DNA of 64,000 nt, from NCBI GenBank assembly GCA_963713865.1, contig OY970208.1:1888001-1952000 (forward strand), read 5' to 3'. Source of the stretch: an uncultured candidate division Zixibacteria bacterium (GTDB lineage Bacteria > Zixibacteria > MSB-5A5 > RBG-16-43-9). Positions 1 through 9,991 of this stretch are shown here, in pieces. Each line of letters opens with the position of its first letter. Position 1 is the stretch's first letter. Below the pieces are notes generated by a model. The model saw nothing but the letters and a program-made list of their open reading frames with translations, was not told the DNA's origin and did not search any database. The position numbers and the translations under genes are program-made.

Positions 1-1141
1 ATTCCCCGTAGCGGTCATTTATCTCATCCATAGCCTCCAGTAAAATCTGTTTTCTCCATTCCCCTTTGAATAAGTAGAACTGACCTGTTCCCCTTATTAG
101 ATTGGAAACACTTACTCCGATTAATCTAACTCCCAAGGCTTCGATATTTATCTGATCTAAGATGTAAAGGGCAGTTTGATAAATTTCCCTCTCATCATCT
201 ATGAACTTTTTCAAAGTTTTTTGCTGGGAGAAATGGGAGAAATCCGGAAAACGAATCACCAGAAAAACGGTTTTCCCCTTGTAGCATTTTCTTCTCAATC
301 TTCGGGCTACTTGCTCGGATAAGCCCAAAAGATACCTTTCTGCCTCCTCCCGGCTGTAAGTATCCTGAGGCAGGGTTATAGAATGTCCAACCGACTTAGT
401 TTTCTCCTCGATTTCGGCTAAGAGAACCGGACCTCCATCTAAACCCGAAGCCATCCGGTGTAAAGCTCTGCCAACCTTGCCGAACTTCTTTTCTAACGGT
501 TCAACTGGATAACGGGAAAGCTCGCCGCAGGTATGGATTCCTAATTTATTCAGATAAAAAGTTAGTCTTGGACCTATCCCGCATATCTCTGAGATGGGTA
601 AATCCTCTAAAACTTCAGAGATTTTTTCGTCTCTTATCCAGAACAAGCCATCCGGTTTTTTCATATCTGAGGCTAACTTGGCTAAAAGTTTGGTAGAGGC
701 TATTCCTATGGAACAGGTTAATCCTAATTCCTTTTTTATTCTTTTTTTAATCTTTTCCGCTACCTGAAGCGGATTGCCGAATAATCTTTCAGTTCCAGTG
801 ATATCTAAGAACGATTCGTCTATGGAAAAAACTTCAACTATGGGAGTGAACTCTTTAAAAATACTGTTAAGCTTTAAGGAGATTTCCACATATTTATCCG
901 AATCGCATCGAATCAGGATTACCTCAGGACACACTTTTTTTGCCTGCCACAGAAGCATCCCGGTTTTAACCCCATAAGCTCTGGCTTCATAAGAGGATGT
1001 GGAGACCACACTTCTGCCCTTGGGATTTCCACAGACTATAATCGGCTTCCCCCTTAAAAAGGGGTTAGACTTTTGTTCTACCGCGGCAAAAAAAGCATCC
1101 ATATCTATATGTAAAATGGTCCTTTTTTTATTTGGCTCCAT
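1..1141 (-). CDS. dinB: DNA polymerase IV (Y-family), 3' end runs off window
   Basis: Manual translation: MEPNKKRTILHIDMDAFFAAVEQ...SYEARAYGVKTGM...FSIDESFLD...LAKLASDMKKPDG; not in ORF track because it is truncated. Confidence 0.95.
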   Translation of the reverse strand, partial: MEPNKKRTILHIDMDAFFAAVEQKSNPFLRGKPIIVCGNPKGRSVVSTSSYEARAYGVKTGMLLWQAKKVCPEVILIRCDSDKYVEISLKLNSIFKEFTPIVEVFSIDESFLDITGTERLFGNPLQVAEKIKKRIKKELGLTCSIGIASTKLLAKLASDMKKPDGLFWIRDEKISEVLEDLPISEICGIGPRLTFYLNKLGIHTCGELSRYPVEPLEKKFGKVGRALHRMASGLDGGPVLLAEIEEKTKSVGHSITLPQDTYSREEAERYLLGLSEQVARRLRRKCYKGKTVFLVIRFPDFSHFSQQKTLKKFIDDEREIYQTALYILDQINIEALGVRLIGVSVSNLIRGTGQFYLFKGEWRKQILLEAMDEINDRYGE

Positions 1142-1167
1142 AATCAGCCTCGCAGGTCAAGGAAAGC

Positions 1168-1225
1168 GTAGCGTCAGGGTTTATTCCTGACGTTTTTTTC
1201 GTCCTGTCAGAAGACAGGACGCTAC
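1168..1225. repeat. GTAG-type REP doublet
   Basis: GTAGCGTCAGGG-TTTATT-CCTGACG...CGTCCTGTC-AGAA-GACAGGACGCTAC; close relative at 16278-16339. Confidence 0.8.
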
Positions 1226-1243
1226 ATTTCTTCTCCAAGTCAT

Positions 1244-1272
1244 AATATACTGCACAAATGTGCAGCTGTCAA
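1244..1272 (-). promoter_or_regulatory. sigma70 promoter of dinB with putative LexA box TGCAC-N4-GTGCA (1251-1264) in the spacer
   Basis: Minus strand TTGACA-17 nt-TATATT; spacer holds palindrome CTGCACA-TT-TGTGCAG. Confidence 0.8.
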
Positions 1273-1493
1273 GAGGAGAATAAAAAATAAAACTACGAAT
1301 GACGGATAATGAATAAATGGTAGGGGAGGGGCTTATCCCCTCCCGTTTTTCTTTCCGGACAGAAACAGAATCCGGCTGGTGTGGACTCTGTCCTAATAAA
1401 AGACAAAAAAATGATTGACAAATATAAAAAAAGAATTATTGTAAAAGTGGAAGATAATTAAATTATCGGGCTTTTTAAACCGTAGGAGGATTT

Positions 1494-2969
1494 ATGAAAA
1501 AAATAGTTATATTTCTGGCTGTGACATTTATTTTCTTTAACATTACTTATGCCAGAATACACTGGGTGCCTTCCGCTTATCTAGCAACCATTCAAGGGGG
1601 GATAGATGTAGCTGAAGATGGAGACACGGTCTTGGTTTTACCTGGCGTCTATTATGAAAATATAAACTTCAAGGCGAAGAAAATTTTGGTTACTAGCAAT
1701 TTCATCTTTGACCAGGACACTAACACAATTCATAATACTATCATAGACGGAAAAGAAAAGAATTCTGTTGTCACTTTTGACTCGAAAGAGAATTCTTCTG
1801 CGACCATACTAGGTTTTACAATAAGAAATGGCTGCCATCGCGAAGGTGGCGGCATTTTATGTCGAGGTTCTGGTCCAAGGATAGCCTATAATATTATAAA
1901 AGAAAATACCGGAGATGCGAGCTGTATAGAACCAGATCAGTTCACTTTGGGAGGTAGTTCTGGTGGTGGTATTTCCTGCCTTGATTGTTCTGCAATAATC
2001 GAGCACAATTATATTATCAAAAATCGCTCCCTTGCTAGTGGGGAAGGAGAGGGTCTTGGAGGGGGAATTTTTTTCGTCGGGAAACATTTTTTAACAATTA
2101 GGTATAATTTGATAGCTTCGAATCTGGCAGAAAAAGGGGTAAATTCTTATGGAATAGGTGGGGGAGGGGGTATTTGGGGAGGCGACTCCTGCGTAGCTTC
2201 CATTTACAATAACACCATCGTTAATAATTATGCAGAAGAAGGAGGAGGCGGTATCTTTAATTGTTCCCTACTACCTGGCACCAAGTTTTACAATAACATT
2301 ATAGCATTTAATTCTGAAGGCATCAGAGTTTTATATTTACCAGGTTGTGTATTTAGTCCGATCCTCACCTATAATGACGTCTGGGGAAATGTTGAAGGGA
2401 ATTTCTTTGGTTTTGGTTCTGAGGTTGGCGATACCACCTGGGGATTTAATTTAAACGGCACACCCTGCGATAGTTTCTATAATATTATTCGTGATCCACT
2501 TTTTGTTGATACTGCAAATTTCGACTTCCATCTTTTAGTCAATTCTCCCTGTATCGATGCTGGTGACCCTTCTTCACCCTTAGACCCGGATACTACTATT
2601 GCAGATATGGGAGCCTTTTATTATCCTCATATCCCAACTTATGTCAAAGATGATAACCGAAATTTGCCAGTAGAGTTTGAACTGCCTCAGAATTATCCTA
2701 ATCCCTTTAATCCAGCAACCACCATTCCCTTCAGCATTTATGGTTCACAGTTCATAGTTCATAATCCCATCCACACCATCTTAAAAATATATAATATCAA
2801 AGGTCAATTAGTAAAGACATTAGTAGATGAAGAAAAATTGCCAGGTAGTTATAATATCATCTGGGATGGTAAGGATAACTCAGGTAGAGAAGTCTCAAGC
2901 GGGATATATTTCTATCAATTGAAGACTAAGGATTATACTCAGACCAAGAAGATGGTCCTGTTGAGGTAG
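1494..2969 (+). CDS. Secreted parallel beta-helix repeat protein with C-terminal FlgD-Ig/T9SS type A sorting domain
   Basis: Signal peptide, TIQ-GID, GGGI...NN repeats, SPCIDAGDP, QNYPNPFNP...IWDG...SSGIYFY...KKMVLLR. Confidence 0.85.
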   Translation: MKKIVIFLAVTFIFFNITYARIHWVPSAYLATIQGGIDVAEDGDTVLVLPGVYYENINFKAKKILVTSNFIFDQDTNTIHNTIIDGKEKNSVVTFDSKENSSATILGFTIRNGCHREGGGILCRGSGPRIAYNIIKENTGDASCIEPDQFTLGGSSGGGISCLDCSAIIEHNYIIKNRSLASGEGEGLGGGIFFVGKHFLTIRYNLIASNLAEKGVNSYGIGGGGGIWGGDSCVASIYNNTIVNNYAEEGGGGIFNCSLLPGTKFYNNIIAFNSEGIRVLYLPGCVFSPILTYNDVWGNVEGNFFGFGSEVGDTTWGFNLNGTPCDSFYNIIRDPLFVDTANFDFHLLVNSPCIDAGDPSSPLDPDTTIADMGAFYYPHIPTYVKDDNRNLPVEFELPQNYPNPFNPATTIPFSIYGSQFIVHNPIHTILKIYNIKGQLVKTLVDEEKLPGSYNIIWDGKDNSGREVSSGIYFYQLKTKDYTQTKKMVLLR

Positions 2970-3015
2970 AACCTTTTCCCATCCCCTCTTCTTAAAAAAC
3001 AGAGGGGAAAAATGC

Positions 3016-3044
3016 GTAGGGGCGGGTTTCAAACCCGCCCCTAC
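3016..3044. repeat. GTAG-type REP hairpin
   Basis: GTAGGGGCGGGTTT-C-AAACCCGCCCCTAC; relative at 16393-16421. Confidence 0.8.
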
Positions 3045-3162
3045 TGTCTCAAATTCCATAAAATTTTCAAGCCAAAAATTAAAAATTGAAGTTGACTTTT
3101 GCTTTTTCAATCTAATATATTCATTTTGGTAAAAAACAAATCTCTTCCTATGGAGGTAAAAA

Positions 3163-4269
3163 GTGCAAATCACCATCAGCGTAATCAAAGCAGACATTGG
3201 AAGTATCGGCGGGCATATAAAGCCCAGCCAGAGGTTAAAAGACTCAGTTAGGGATTACATACAGGAAAATGGCTTAAAAAAAGGGCTGGTCATCGATAGC
3301 TATATCAGCTCTACCGGAGACGATATAGCAATTCTTATGACTCATAAAACGGGGAAGTTAAATTCTGAAATACATAAGTTAGCCTGGAATGCCTTTGTGG
3401 CTGGAACCAGTGTAGCGAAAAAACAGGGGCTGTATGGTGCAGGGCAGGACCTTTTAAAAGATGCTTTTTCAGGGAATGTAAAAGGTATGGGACCGGCTGT
3501 AGCGGAGTTGGAAATAGAGGAAAGACCAAATGAATCTTTCCTTTTCTTTGCTGCGGACAAGACTGACCCGGGTGCCTATAGTCTGCCTTTATATTTAAGC
3601 TTTGCTGATCCTATGCATAATGCTGGATTGTTACTTTCTCCGGGAATGAGCAAGGGGTTTAAATTTACCATTATGGACGTAGCGTATACCGAGGCTGACC
3701 GGGTGATTGAGCTTTATGCTCCTGAAAATCTTTATGATATAGCTGCCCTTTTGAGAGATAACCAGAGGTTTGTGATCGAATCTATTCATTCTAAAAATGC
3801 AGGTGAGCAGGCAGCCGCAGTCAGCACAACCAGATTACATAATATCGCTGGGAAATATACCGGCAAGGATGACCCGGTCTGTTTAGTCCGGGTACAGGGT
3901 AACTTTCCTGCCACGGGCGAGGTTTTATCTCCTTATAGTATAGGCCATTTTGTAGCTGGATTTATGCGAGGCAGCCATACAGGACCTTTGATGCCGGTGA
4001 AAGCCAATTCTACCATTTCATTCTTTGATGGTCCCCCGGTTGTATCTGCTCAAGCCTTCTCCATGAAAGAAGGCGTGTTAACCGAACCAGCAGACGCCTT
4101 TGACCAGCCTTTCTGGGATTACGTACGGGACAGGGTTTCTCAGAAGGCTATCGATATACGCCAACAGGGTTTCTCCGGTTGTGCTATGCTTCCTTATTCA
4201 GAGCTGGAATATGGAGGGATAGTAGAAAAGCTTAAAGAGTTGGATAAGAAGTTTGTGGTTCGTAAATAG
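3163..4269 (+). CDS. fbp: Fructose-1,6-bisphosphate aldolase/phosphatase (class V FBPase)
   Basis: ITISVIKADIGSIGGH, GDD, GLYGAGQDLLKDAFSGNVKGMGP, DKTDPGA, GKDDPV, GFMRGSH. Confidence 0.95.
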   Translation: MQITISVIKADIGSIGGHIKPSQRLKDSVRDYIQENGLKKGLVIDSYISSTGDDIAILMTHKTGKLNSEIHKLAWNAFVAGTSVAKKQGLYGAGQDLLKDAFSGNVKGMGPAVAELEIEERPNESFLFFAADKTDPGAYSLPLYLSFADPMHNAGLLLSPGMSKGFKFTIMDVAYTEADRVIELYAPENLYDIAALLRDNQRFVIESIHSKNAGEQAAAVSTTRLHNIAGKYTGKDDPVCLVRVQGNFPATGEVLSPYSIGHFVAGFMRGSHTGPLMPVKANSTISFFDGPPVVSAQAFSMKEGVLTEPADAFDQPFWDYVRDRVSQKAIDIRQQGFSGCAMLPYSELEYGGIVEKLKELDKKFVVRK

Positions 4270-4487
4270 AAAAGAAAAATTGACCCAGGTTGAGGGCAAC
4301 GTGGGGATACGATTTGGAGTGTAAACCTTTAGGTTTACCAAAAGGTAAAGATATGTAGGTCAAGCATGGCAAAGCCTGTTTGACAAAATAAGATGTCGAA
4401 CAGTCCTTGGACATGGTCGACCTACGGAAATCCTGCAAATTTTTCTTGACAGTTAATTTCGCAAGTTATATATAATTGCAGACTAAA

Positions 4488-4559
4488 GCGGGTGTAATTC
4501 AGCGGCAGAATGCAAGCTTCCCAAGCTTGACGTCGAGGGTTCAACTCCCTTCGCCCGCT
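4488..4559 (+). tRNA. tRNA-Gly(CCC)
   Basis: Cloverleaf, anticodon arm CAAGC-TTCCCAA-GCTTG, T-loop GTTCAACT; TTGACA/TATAAT upstream. Confidence 0.95.
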
Positions 4560-4622
4560 TTTTTTAATTCTATCCTACGGATTCCTTTCGGGACAAATTC
4601 GTTCCAGGATTGGAGTTTTTAA

Positions 4623-5927
4623 GTGAAAATAAGATCGGTTGAAAGAAAAAGTCTGGCTGAAAAATATTCAATCCTGACGGGAGAAGAAATTTTAGAGATA
4701 AATAATTCTTCGATAAAGGACTTAATTGAATATAAATTTTATTCCAGCGAAAAGAAATTAAAACTAAAAATTAAAAGTAAATCTGGTATTATCCGAGTAG
4801 TTACATTAACAAAAAAACCGGATCAGGATTTAGGAATAGCTTTTGAGGAAAAAAGATATAGAGGCTGTCCGAATAAATGTATCTTCTGTTTTATTGACCA
4901 ACTTCCAAAAGGCTTAAGGAAGCCGCTCTATTTTAGAGATGAAGACTTTCGTCTTTCATTTTTACATGGTAGTTTCATCACCCTGACTAATCTTTCGGAA
5001 CAAGATATACAACGCATAATAAATCAGAGATTAAGCCCTCTATATATATCAGTTCATACGACCAATGAATCGCTTAGGAAAAAAATGCTGGGCAATCAGA
5101 AAGCACCGGATATCATGCCTTTAATCCGCAGATTGGCAGAAAACAGAATTGAAATACACGCTCAGATAGTTTTATGTACAGGAATAAACGATGAAAAATA
5201 TCTGGAGAAATCGGTTTACGAGCTTTCTTTATTCTATCCCCGGGTAAAATCCTTAGCTATAGTCCCTGTGGGATTGAGTAAGTTCAGAAAAGGTCTGCCT
5301 GAATTAAAAGCGATTAATAAGGAATATGCAAAACGACTCATACGTTTAGTTGACCATTGGCAACTTTATTTCAGGAAGAAATATGAATCCAATTTCGTTT
5401 ATGCCGCAGACGAGTTTTATCTTTCAGCCGGGCTTGACATCCCCACCAAAAAATATTATGATGAATTCTATCAGATCGAAAATGGCGTGGGTATGGTCAG
5501 GGAGTTTTTAGATGATTTTAAAAGGAAACAGAGGTTTTTACCGAGAAGTTTAAAATACAAATACCGATTGACCCTGGTAACTGGAGGGTTAGCTTATAAA
5601 TTTATGAGTGGTTATATCCTGGATAGGTTAAAAAAGATAAAAAACCTGAAGGTGAACCTGGTAAAAGTAAAAAATAATTTCCTGGGAGAAAGCGTAACCG
5701 TCACCGGCCTTTTGAGTGGTGGAGATATACTTCAAGCTCTAAAAAAGTCAGGAAAAAGTGACTTGATTATGCTGCCACCTAACTGTCTGAATCCGGATGA
5801 CTTTTTCCTGGATGATTTGAAGCCTGCCGATTTGGAGAAAAAATTATGTGTGAAAATCGTTAAAGGGTCTTATGATTTAGTTGAATCCTTGAAAAATATA
5901 TCACCGGAGATAAAATCTGGAGTGTAA
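4623..5927 (+). CDS. PDZ/DUF512 radical SAM-like FeS protein (TIGR03279-like)
   Basis: CPNKCIFCFIDQLPKGLR, DFRLSFLHG, QIENGVG, VTVTGLLSG. Confidence 0.88.
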   Translation: MKIRSVERKSLAEKYSILTGEEILEINNSSIKDLIEYKFYSSEKKLKLKIKSKSGIIRVVTLTKKPDQDLGIAFEEKRYRGCPNKCIFCFIDQLPKGLRKPLYFRDEDFRLSFLHGSFITLTNLSEQDIQRIINQRLSPLYISVHTTNESLRKKMLGNQKAPDIMPLIRRLAENRIEIHAQIVLCTGINDEKYLEKSVYELSLFYPRVKSLAIVPVGLSKFRKGLPELKAINKEYAKRLIRLVDHWQLYFRKKYESNFVYAADEFYLSAGLDIPTKKYYDEFYQIENGVGMVREFLDDFKRKQRFLPRSLKYKYRLTLVTGGLAYKFMSGYILDRLKKIKNLKVNLVKVKNNFLGESVTVTGLLSGGDILQALKKSGKSDLIMLPPNCLNPDDFFLDDLKPADLEKKLCVKIVKGSYDLVESLKNISPEIKSGV

Positions 5928-6069
5928 ACCTTCAGGGTTACAAAAAAACGCGTATCCGAGCCTTTATGGCTTAGCAAAGATACGAAACCTCTGCTATGCG
6001 AACTCTGGAGAAAGTAAACCTTAAACTTTAAAAAAATAAAGCTAAAGCTTTATACTCCATAATAGAATA

Positions 6070-7380
6070 ATGTCACTTCCAATCGTAGCTATAATCGGTC
6101 GTCCCAATGTAGGGAAATCCACTCTTTTTAACCGTTTTCTAAAAAAAAGAGTTGCGGTGGTACATAATCGACCAGGGGTAACCAGAGATAGAAATTATGC
6201 TTCTTGCACCTGGAATGGTAAAAGCTTCTATTTAGTCGATACTGGAGGTTTTTTGCCCGCAACCAAAAATGAGCTGGAAAAACAGGTTAAAGCTCAAGCT
6301 GAAAGTGCCATAGCTGAAGCAGATCTGATTTTGTTTTTGATCGATAGTAAAGCAGGCACTCAGGAAATAGATTTAGAGATCGCTAAAAGATTGAAGAAAA
6401 CAAACAAAAAGGTCTTACTTGTGGCCAATAAAGTTGATAACGAAAAGGAGGAGTTAGAGGTCTATTCTCATACCAGATTAGGATTAGGAGAGCTTTATGC
6501 TATATCTGCGACTAATGGAAGAAACGCAACCGAGCTTTTAGATGATATCTCCAGACTAATTCCTGAGAGCATACCGGTGGAGGAAGAAAAAGGGATTAAA
6601 GTAGCAGTTATTGGCAGACCCAACGTAGGGAAATCCACCTTTGTAAATACCCTTTTGGGTGAAGAGAAATTAATCGTTAGCCAGATACCAGGCACTACCA
6701 GAGATTCAATCGATACCAGAATTAAGATAAATCAGGACGATTTTGTTCTTATCGATACGGCTGGCTTAAGAAAAAAGTCGAATATCAAAGACGATCTGGA
6801 ATTCCATACATCACTTAGAAGTTTAAGGTCTATCCAGAGATCCGACGTTTGCTTACTTTTAACTGAAGCTCCGGTTGGCCTGGTAAATCAGGATTTGAAG
6901 ATCGCCAGTGAAGTTATAGAAATGTGGAAAGGGCTGGTAATGGGGATAAATAAATGGGACCAGCTTCAGAAAGAAAGCAAAACGGTTGATTATTATACTA
7001 AATGGATTAAAAATTATGCACCATTCTTGGATTTCGTCCCGATTACTTTTATCTCAGCCAAAACCGGACAAAGAGTAGAGAAAACGATGGAATTTATAAA
7101 AGAAGTCTATCTGGAAAGGAAGAAGAGGATAGCTACTAATGAGCTGAATCAAAAATTAGGATCGGAGATCATAAAACAACCTCCTCCTTCTGTGCAAGGT
7201 AAATATATAAAACTCTATTACTGCACTCAGACCGATATAGAACCTCCGACCTTTGTCTTCTTTTGCAACTACCCGGAACTTTTGAAGAAGCCTTATTTAA
7301 AGTACTTACAGAGTAAAATCAGGGAACATTTTGGTTTCAAAGGATGTCCCATCAGGATAAAAGTGAACAAAAGAGAATAA
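6070..7380 (+). CDS. der: Ribosome biogenesis GTPase Der
   Basis: Two GRPNVGKS P-loops, GVTRD/GTTRD, C-terminal KH-like domain. Confidence 0.97.
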   Translation: MSLPIVAIIGRPNVGKSTLFNRFLKKRVAVVHNRPGVTRDRNYASCTWNGKSFYLVDTGGFLPATKNELEKQVKAQAESAIAEADLILFLIDSKAGTQEIDLEIAKRLKKTNKKVLLVANKVDNEKEELEVYSHTRLGLGELYAISATNGRNATELLDDISRLIPESIPVEEEKGIKVAVIGRPNVGKSTFVNTLLGEEKLIVSQIPGTTRDSIDTRIKINQDDFVLIDTAGLRKKSNIKDDLEFHTSLRSLRSIQRSDVCLLLTEAPVGLVNQDLKIASEVIEMWKGLVMGINKWDQLQKESKTVDYYTKWIKNYAPFLDFVPITFISAKTGQRVEKTMEFIKEVYLERKKRIATNELNQKLGSEIIKQPPPSVQGKYIKLYYCTQTDIEPPTFVFFCNYPELLKKPYLKYLQSKIREHFGFKGCPIRIKVNKRE

Positions 7381-7436
7381 AGATTTGGAATGCAAACTTA
7401 AAGGTTCTGTTTAAAAACCGGAATCAATAGAAAGAT

Positions 7437-7531
7437 TGTCATTCTGAATCCGCCGGAGGCGGATGAAGAATCTCTATATTACTCAATAAGATTCTTCAGT
7501 CGTCCCCGTAGGGGACTCCCTCAGAATGACA
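7437..7531. repeat. TGTCATTCTGA...TCAGAATGACA MITE/REP-like element
   Basis: Terminal inverted repeats with internal hairpins; other copies at 8625-8720, 21170-21270, 25869-25934, 28809-28902, 38868-38958. Confidence 0.85.
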
Positions 7532-7605
7532 GTGTGGATTTTTTCAATACTCTCTGAAGGTTTACTAAAAGGTAAAGCTGAAGCTTTACATTCCAGAAAA
7601 AAGAG

Positions 7606-7905
7606 ATGTCACAATTCTTTTCAGAAAAGATTGAAGTTGTGTTTGATAAAAAAAGAGGAGTGCCGCTTTCTTTTGTCTGGAATAAAAAAGAATACATAAT
7701 AATTGAGCAGATAGCAGTCTGGCATGATTGGGGATTTCCCAAAGGCTCGCCTAAGGCTAAAAACTGGAGATTGAGACACCACAGGAATTATTATAGAGTT
7801 CAGACTAATGAGGATGAGGTCTTTGAAATATATCTTGACAGAAAAACTAAAAATGAAGAAGTGGAATGGTATTTGTATCAAAAAATAAAGTTAGAACTCT
7901 CGTAG
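7606..7905 (+). CDS. Small DUF6504-like protein
   Basis: PLSFVWNKKEY..W......W...RNYYRVQT...FEIYLD...WYL pattern. Confidence 0.6.
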   Translation: MSQFFSEKIEVVFDKKRGVPLSFVWNKKEYIIIEQIAVWHDWGFPKGSPKAKNWRLRHHRNYYRVQTNEDEVFEIYLDRKTKNEEVEWYLYQKIKLELS

Positions 7906-7955
7906 AGACGCATTGCATGCGTCTCAATTAAGTTTCTAAATAACAGTACCTATAA

Positions 7956-8591
7956 ATGCTATCGATTGTTTCTATAACTATACTCTCCTATCTCTTAGGC
8001 TCAATTCCCTTCGGAATAATCATTTCTAAATTCTGGAAGGGGATCGACATCCGGGAATATGGCTCGAAAAATCCCGGAGCGACTAATGTCTATCGAGTTA
8101 TTGGACCAATTCCTGCTTTAATAGTTTTGCTCTTGGATGTAAGTAAAGGACTAATTGCCACTCTTTTAATAAGCAGAATTATCATTGACCAACCAGTTCT
8201 TAATCAAACCAGTTTAAGGATAATTGCAGGACTGGTTGTTATCCTCGGTCATATTTTTCCCGTATTCGCCTCTTTCAAAGGAGGTAAAGGAGTAGCCACG
8301 GGCTTGGGCGTATTAATTTCTCTTGCCCCTGTAGAGTTGATTTTTGCTCTATTACTTTTTTTGATTATAGTTGCAATCACCCGCTATGTATCTCTGGGTT
8401 CTCTATCTTCAGCTTTATTTATCTTGCTTGCCTTAATCTTTGAAAAATATTATCTTCATAAGCCAGTATCGTATGAGCTTTTGATAGCGGTTCTGGTGCT
8501 TAATATATTTCTTTTCTATACTCACCGCTCGAATATCAAAAGATTAATTAACGGGACTGAGAATAAGTTTGGTAAAAAACAAAAGCTGTGA
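7956..8591 (+). CDS. plsY: Glycerol-3-phosphate acyltransferase
   Basis: YLLGSIPFG, GSKNPGATN, GHIFP..FKGGKGVAT, HRSNIKRL. Confidence 0.96.
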   Translation: MLSIVSITILSYLLGSIPFGIIISKFWKGIDIREYGSKNPGATNVYRVIGPIPALIVLLLDVSKGLIATLLISRIIIDQPVLNQTSLRIIAGLVVILGHIFPVFASFKGGKGVATGLGVLISLAPVELIFALLLFLIIVAITRYVSLGSLSSALFILLALIFEKYYLHKPVSYELLIAVLVLNIFLFYTHRSNIKRLINGTENKFGKKQKL

Positions 8592-8784
8592 TAATCTTGC
8601 ATAGGAGTGGAGTTTAACTTTGCCTGTCATTCTGACCCCGCCGTAGGCGGGGGAAGAATCTCTGTCCGCCTTAGGCGGATTCGGTCGTCTCGCAGAATGC
8701 GGGACTCCTTCAGAATGACAATTATGGCTTACAGGGTAACACAAACTCCGCATCTACGCGGTATGATCTCACAGAAGAGAATCA

Positions 8785-9792
8785 ATGACTAAAATCGCAG
8801 TCTTGGGTGCAGGAAGCTGGGGCATAGGGGTTTCGGTTCTTCTTCATTCAAACCAGCACAAAATCTCATTATGGGAGTTCAACTCTCAGGATATGCTTAA
8901 CCTGAGAAAAGAGAGAGAGCATAAGAGTAAACTTCCTGGCATTACAATACCTGAAGAAATCGAAATCACTGACCAGTTGGACCAGGCAGTAAAAGATGCT
9001 GAAATGTTAGTTTTGGCTTTACCTTCACATACAGTCAGGGAAGTCAGTAAAAAATTAACCCGGATTTCTCTAAACGAGCCTTTAATTGTGAACTTAGCCA
9101 AGGGGATTGAAAATGATACCTTATGCCGGATGTCAGAGGTCCTAACCCAAGAATTACCTGAGAAGCTACATAATAAGATTGTGACTTTATCCGGACCCTG
9201 TCATGCAGAAGAGGTCTCGCGAAAAATGCCTACGTCTGTGGTAATAGCAGGATTAAAGCAGGAATCGTCTATACAAGCCCAGAAGATCTTTATGAATAAA
9301 TATTTCCGGGTATATACCAGTGAGGATTTGATCGGAGTGGAACTTGGCGGCTCTCTGAAAAATGTTATTGCCATTGGCTCAGGGATTTGCGATGGACTTA
9401 ATTTAGGTGATAATGCCAAAGGTGCTCTTTTGACCAGAGGCTTGGCAGAGATGGTCAGGTTAGGGGAGAAGCTTGGAGCTAAAGCATCTACATTTTCCGG
9501 ACTTTCCGGAATGGGTGATTTGATTACTACCTGTATCAGCCGGCATTCGAGAAACAGGTATGTGGGAGAGCATATCGGTAAAGGAGAGACTCTTAAAGAG
9601 ACACTTGAAGGTATGGTTATGGTGGCTGAAGGGGTCAAGACCACAAAATCCGCTTTTCAGCTTTCTCAAAAATATAAAGTGGAGATGCCGATTACCCGGC
9701 AGGTTTACCGGATATTATTTGAAAATATTAACCCCAAAGAGGCTTTAATCGAGCTTATGACCCGTGAGCCAAAATCTGAAATTTGGAGTTGA
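8785..9792 (+). CDS. gpsA: NAD(P)H-dependent glycerol-3-phosphate dehydrogenase
   Basis: GAGSWG, KGIE, LSGP.HAEEV, LKNVIAI, GDLITTC.S.HSRNR, VAEGV. Confidence 0.97.
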   Translation: MTKIAVLGAGSWGIGVSVLLHSNQHKISLWEFNSQDMLNLRKEREHKSKLPGITIPEEIEITDQLDQAVKDAEMLVLALPSHTVREVSKKLTRISLNEPLIVNLAKGIENDTLCRMSEVLTQELPEKLHNKIVTLSGPCHAEEVSRKMPTSVVIAGLKQESSIQAQKIFMNKYFRVYTSEDLIGVELGGSLKNVIAIGSGICDGLNLGDNAKGALLTRGLAEMVRLGEKLGAKASTFSGLSGMGDLITTCISRHSRNRYVGEHIGKGETLKETLEGMVMVAEGVKTTKSAFQLSQKYKVEMPITRQVYRILFENINPKEALIELMTREPKSEIWS

Positions 9793-9991
9793 CAACTTGA
9801 AATAAATGTGTATCTTAAGTCTAAATTATGAAGAGGTCTCTGAAAAAGTGGAAACGACTGGTCGGGCAGGGGTGCCCGACCTACGAAAAATCAACGTCTT
9901 AGATGCACGTAGACAGGGCTCCCAGCCCTGTAAATGAGTTTTTCAGAGCTCTCATAAAGTATCTCTTTAAGGTCAGTAAAGGGCAATAAGT

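Noticed and set aside
757-775. CCGCTACCTGAAGCGGATT in dinB resembling the AATCCGC..GCGGATT repeat
   Set aside because: Short and imperfect, with no evident length insertion in the protein
8544-8792. Short ORFs such as 8607-8792, 8544-8753, 21223-21447, 28785-29024 and 38821-39024
   Set aside because: They are translations of REP/MITE DNA (CHSE.., LRMT peptides), not genes
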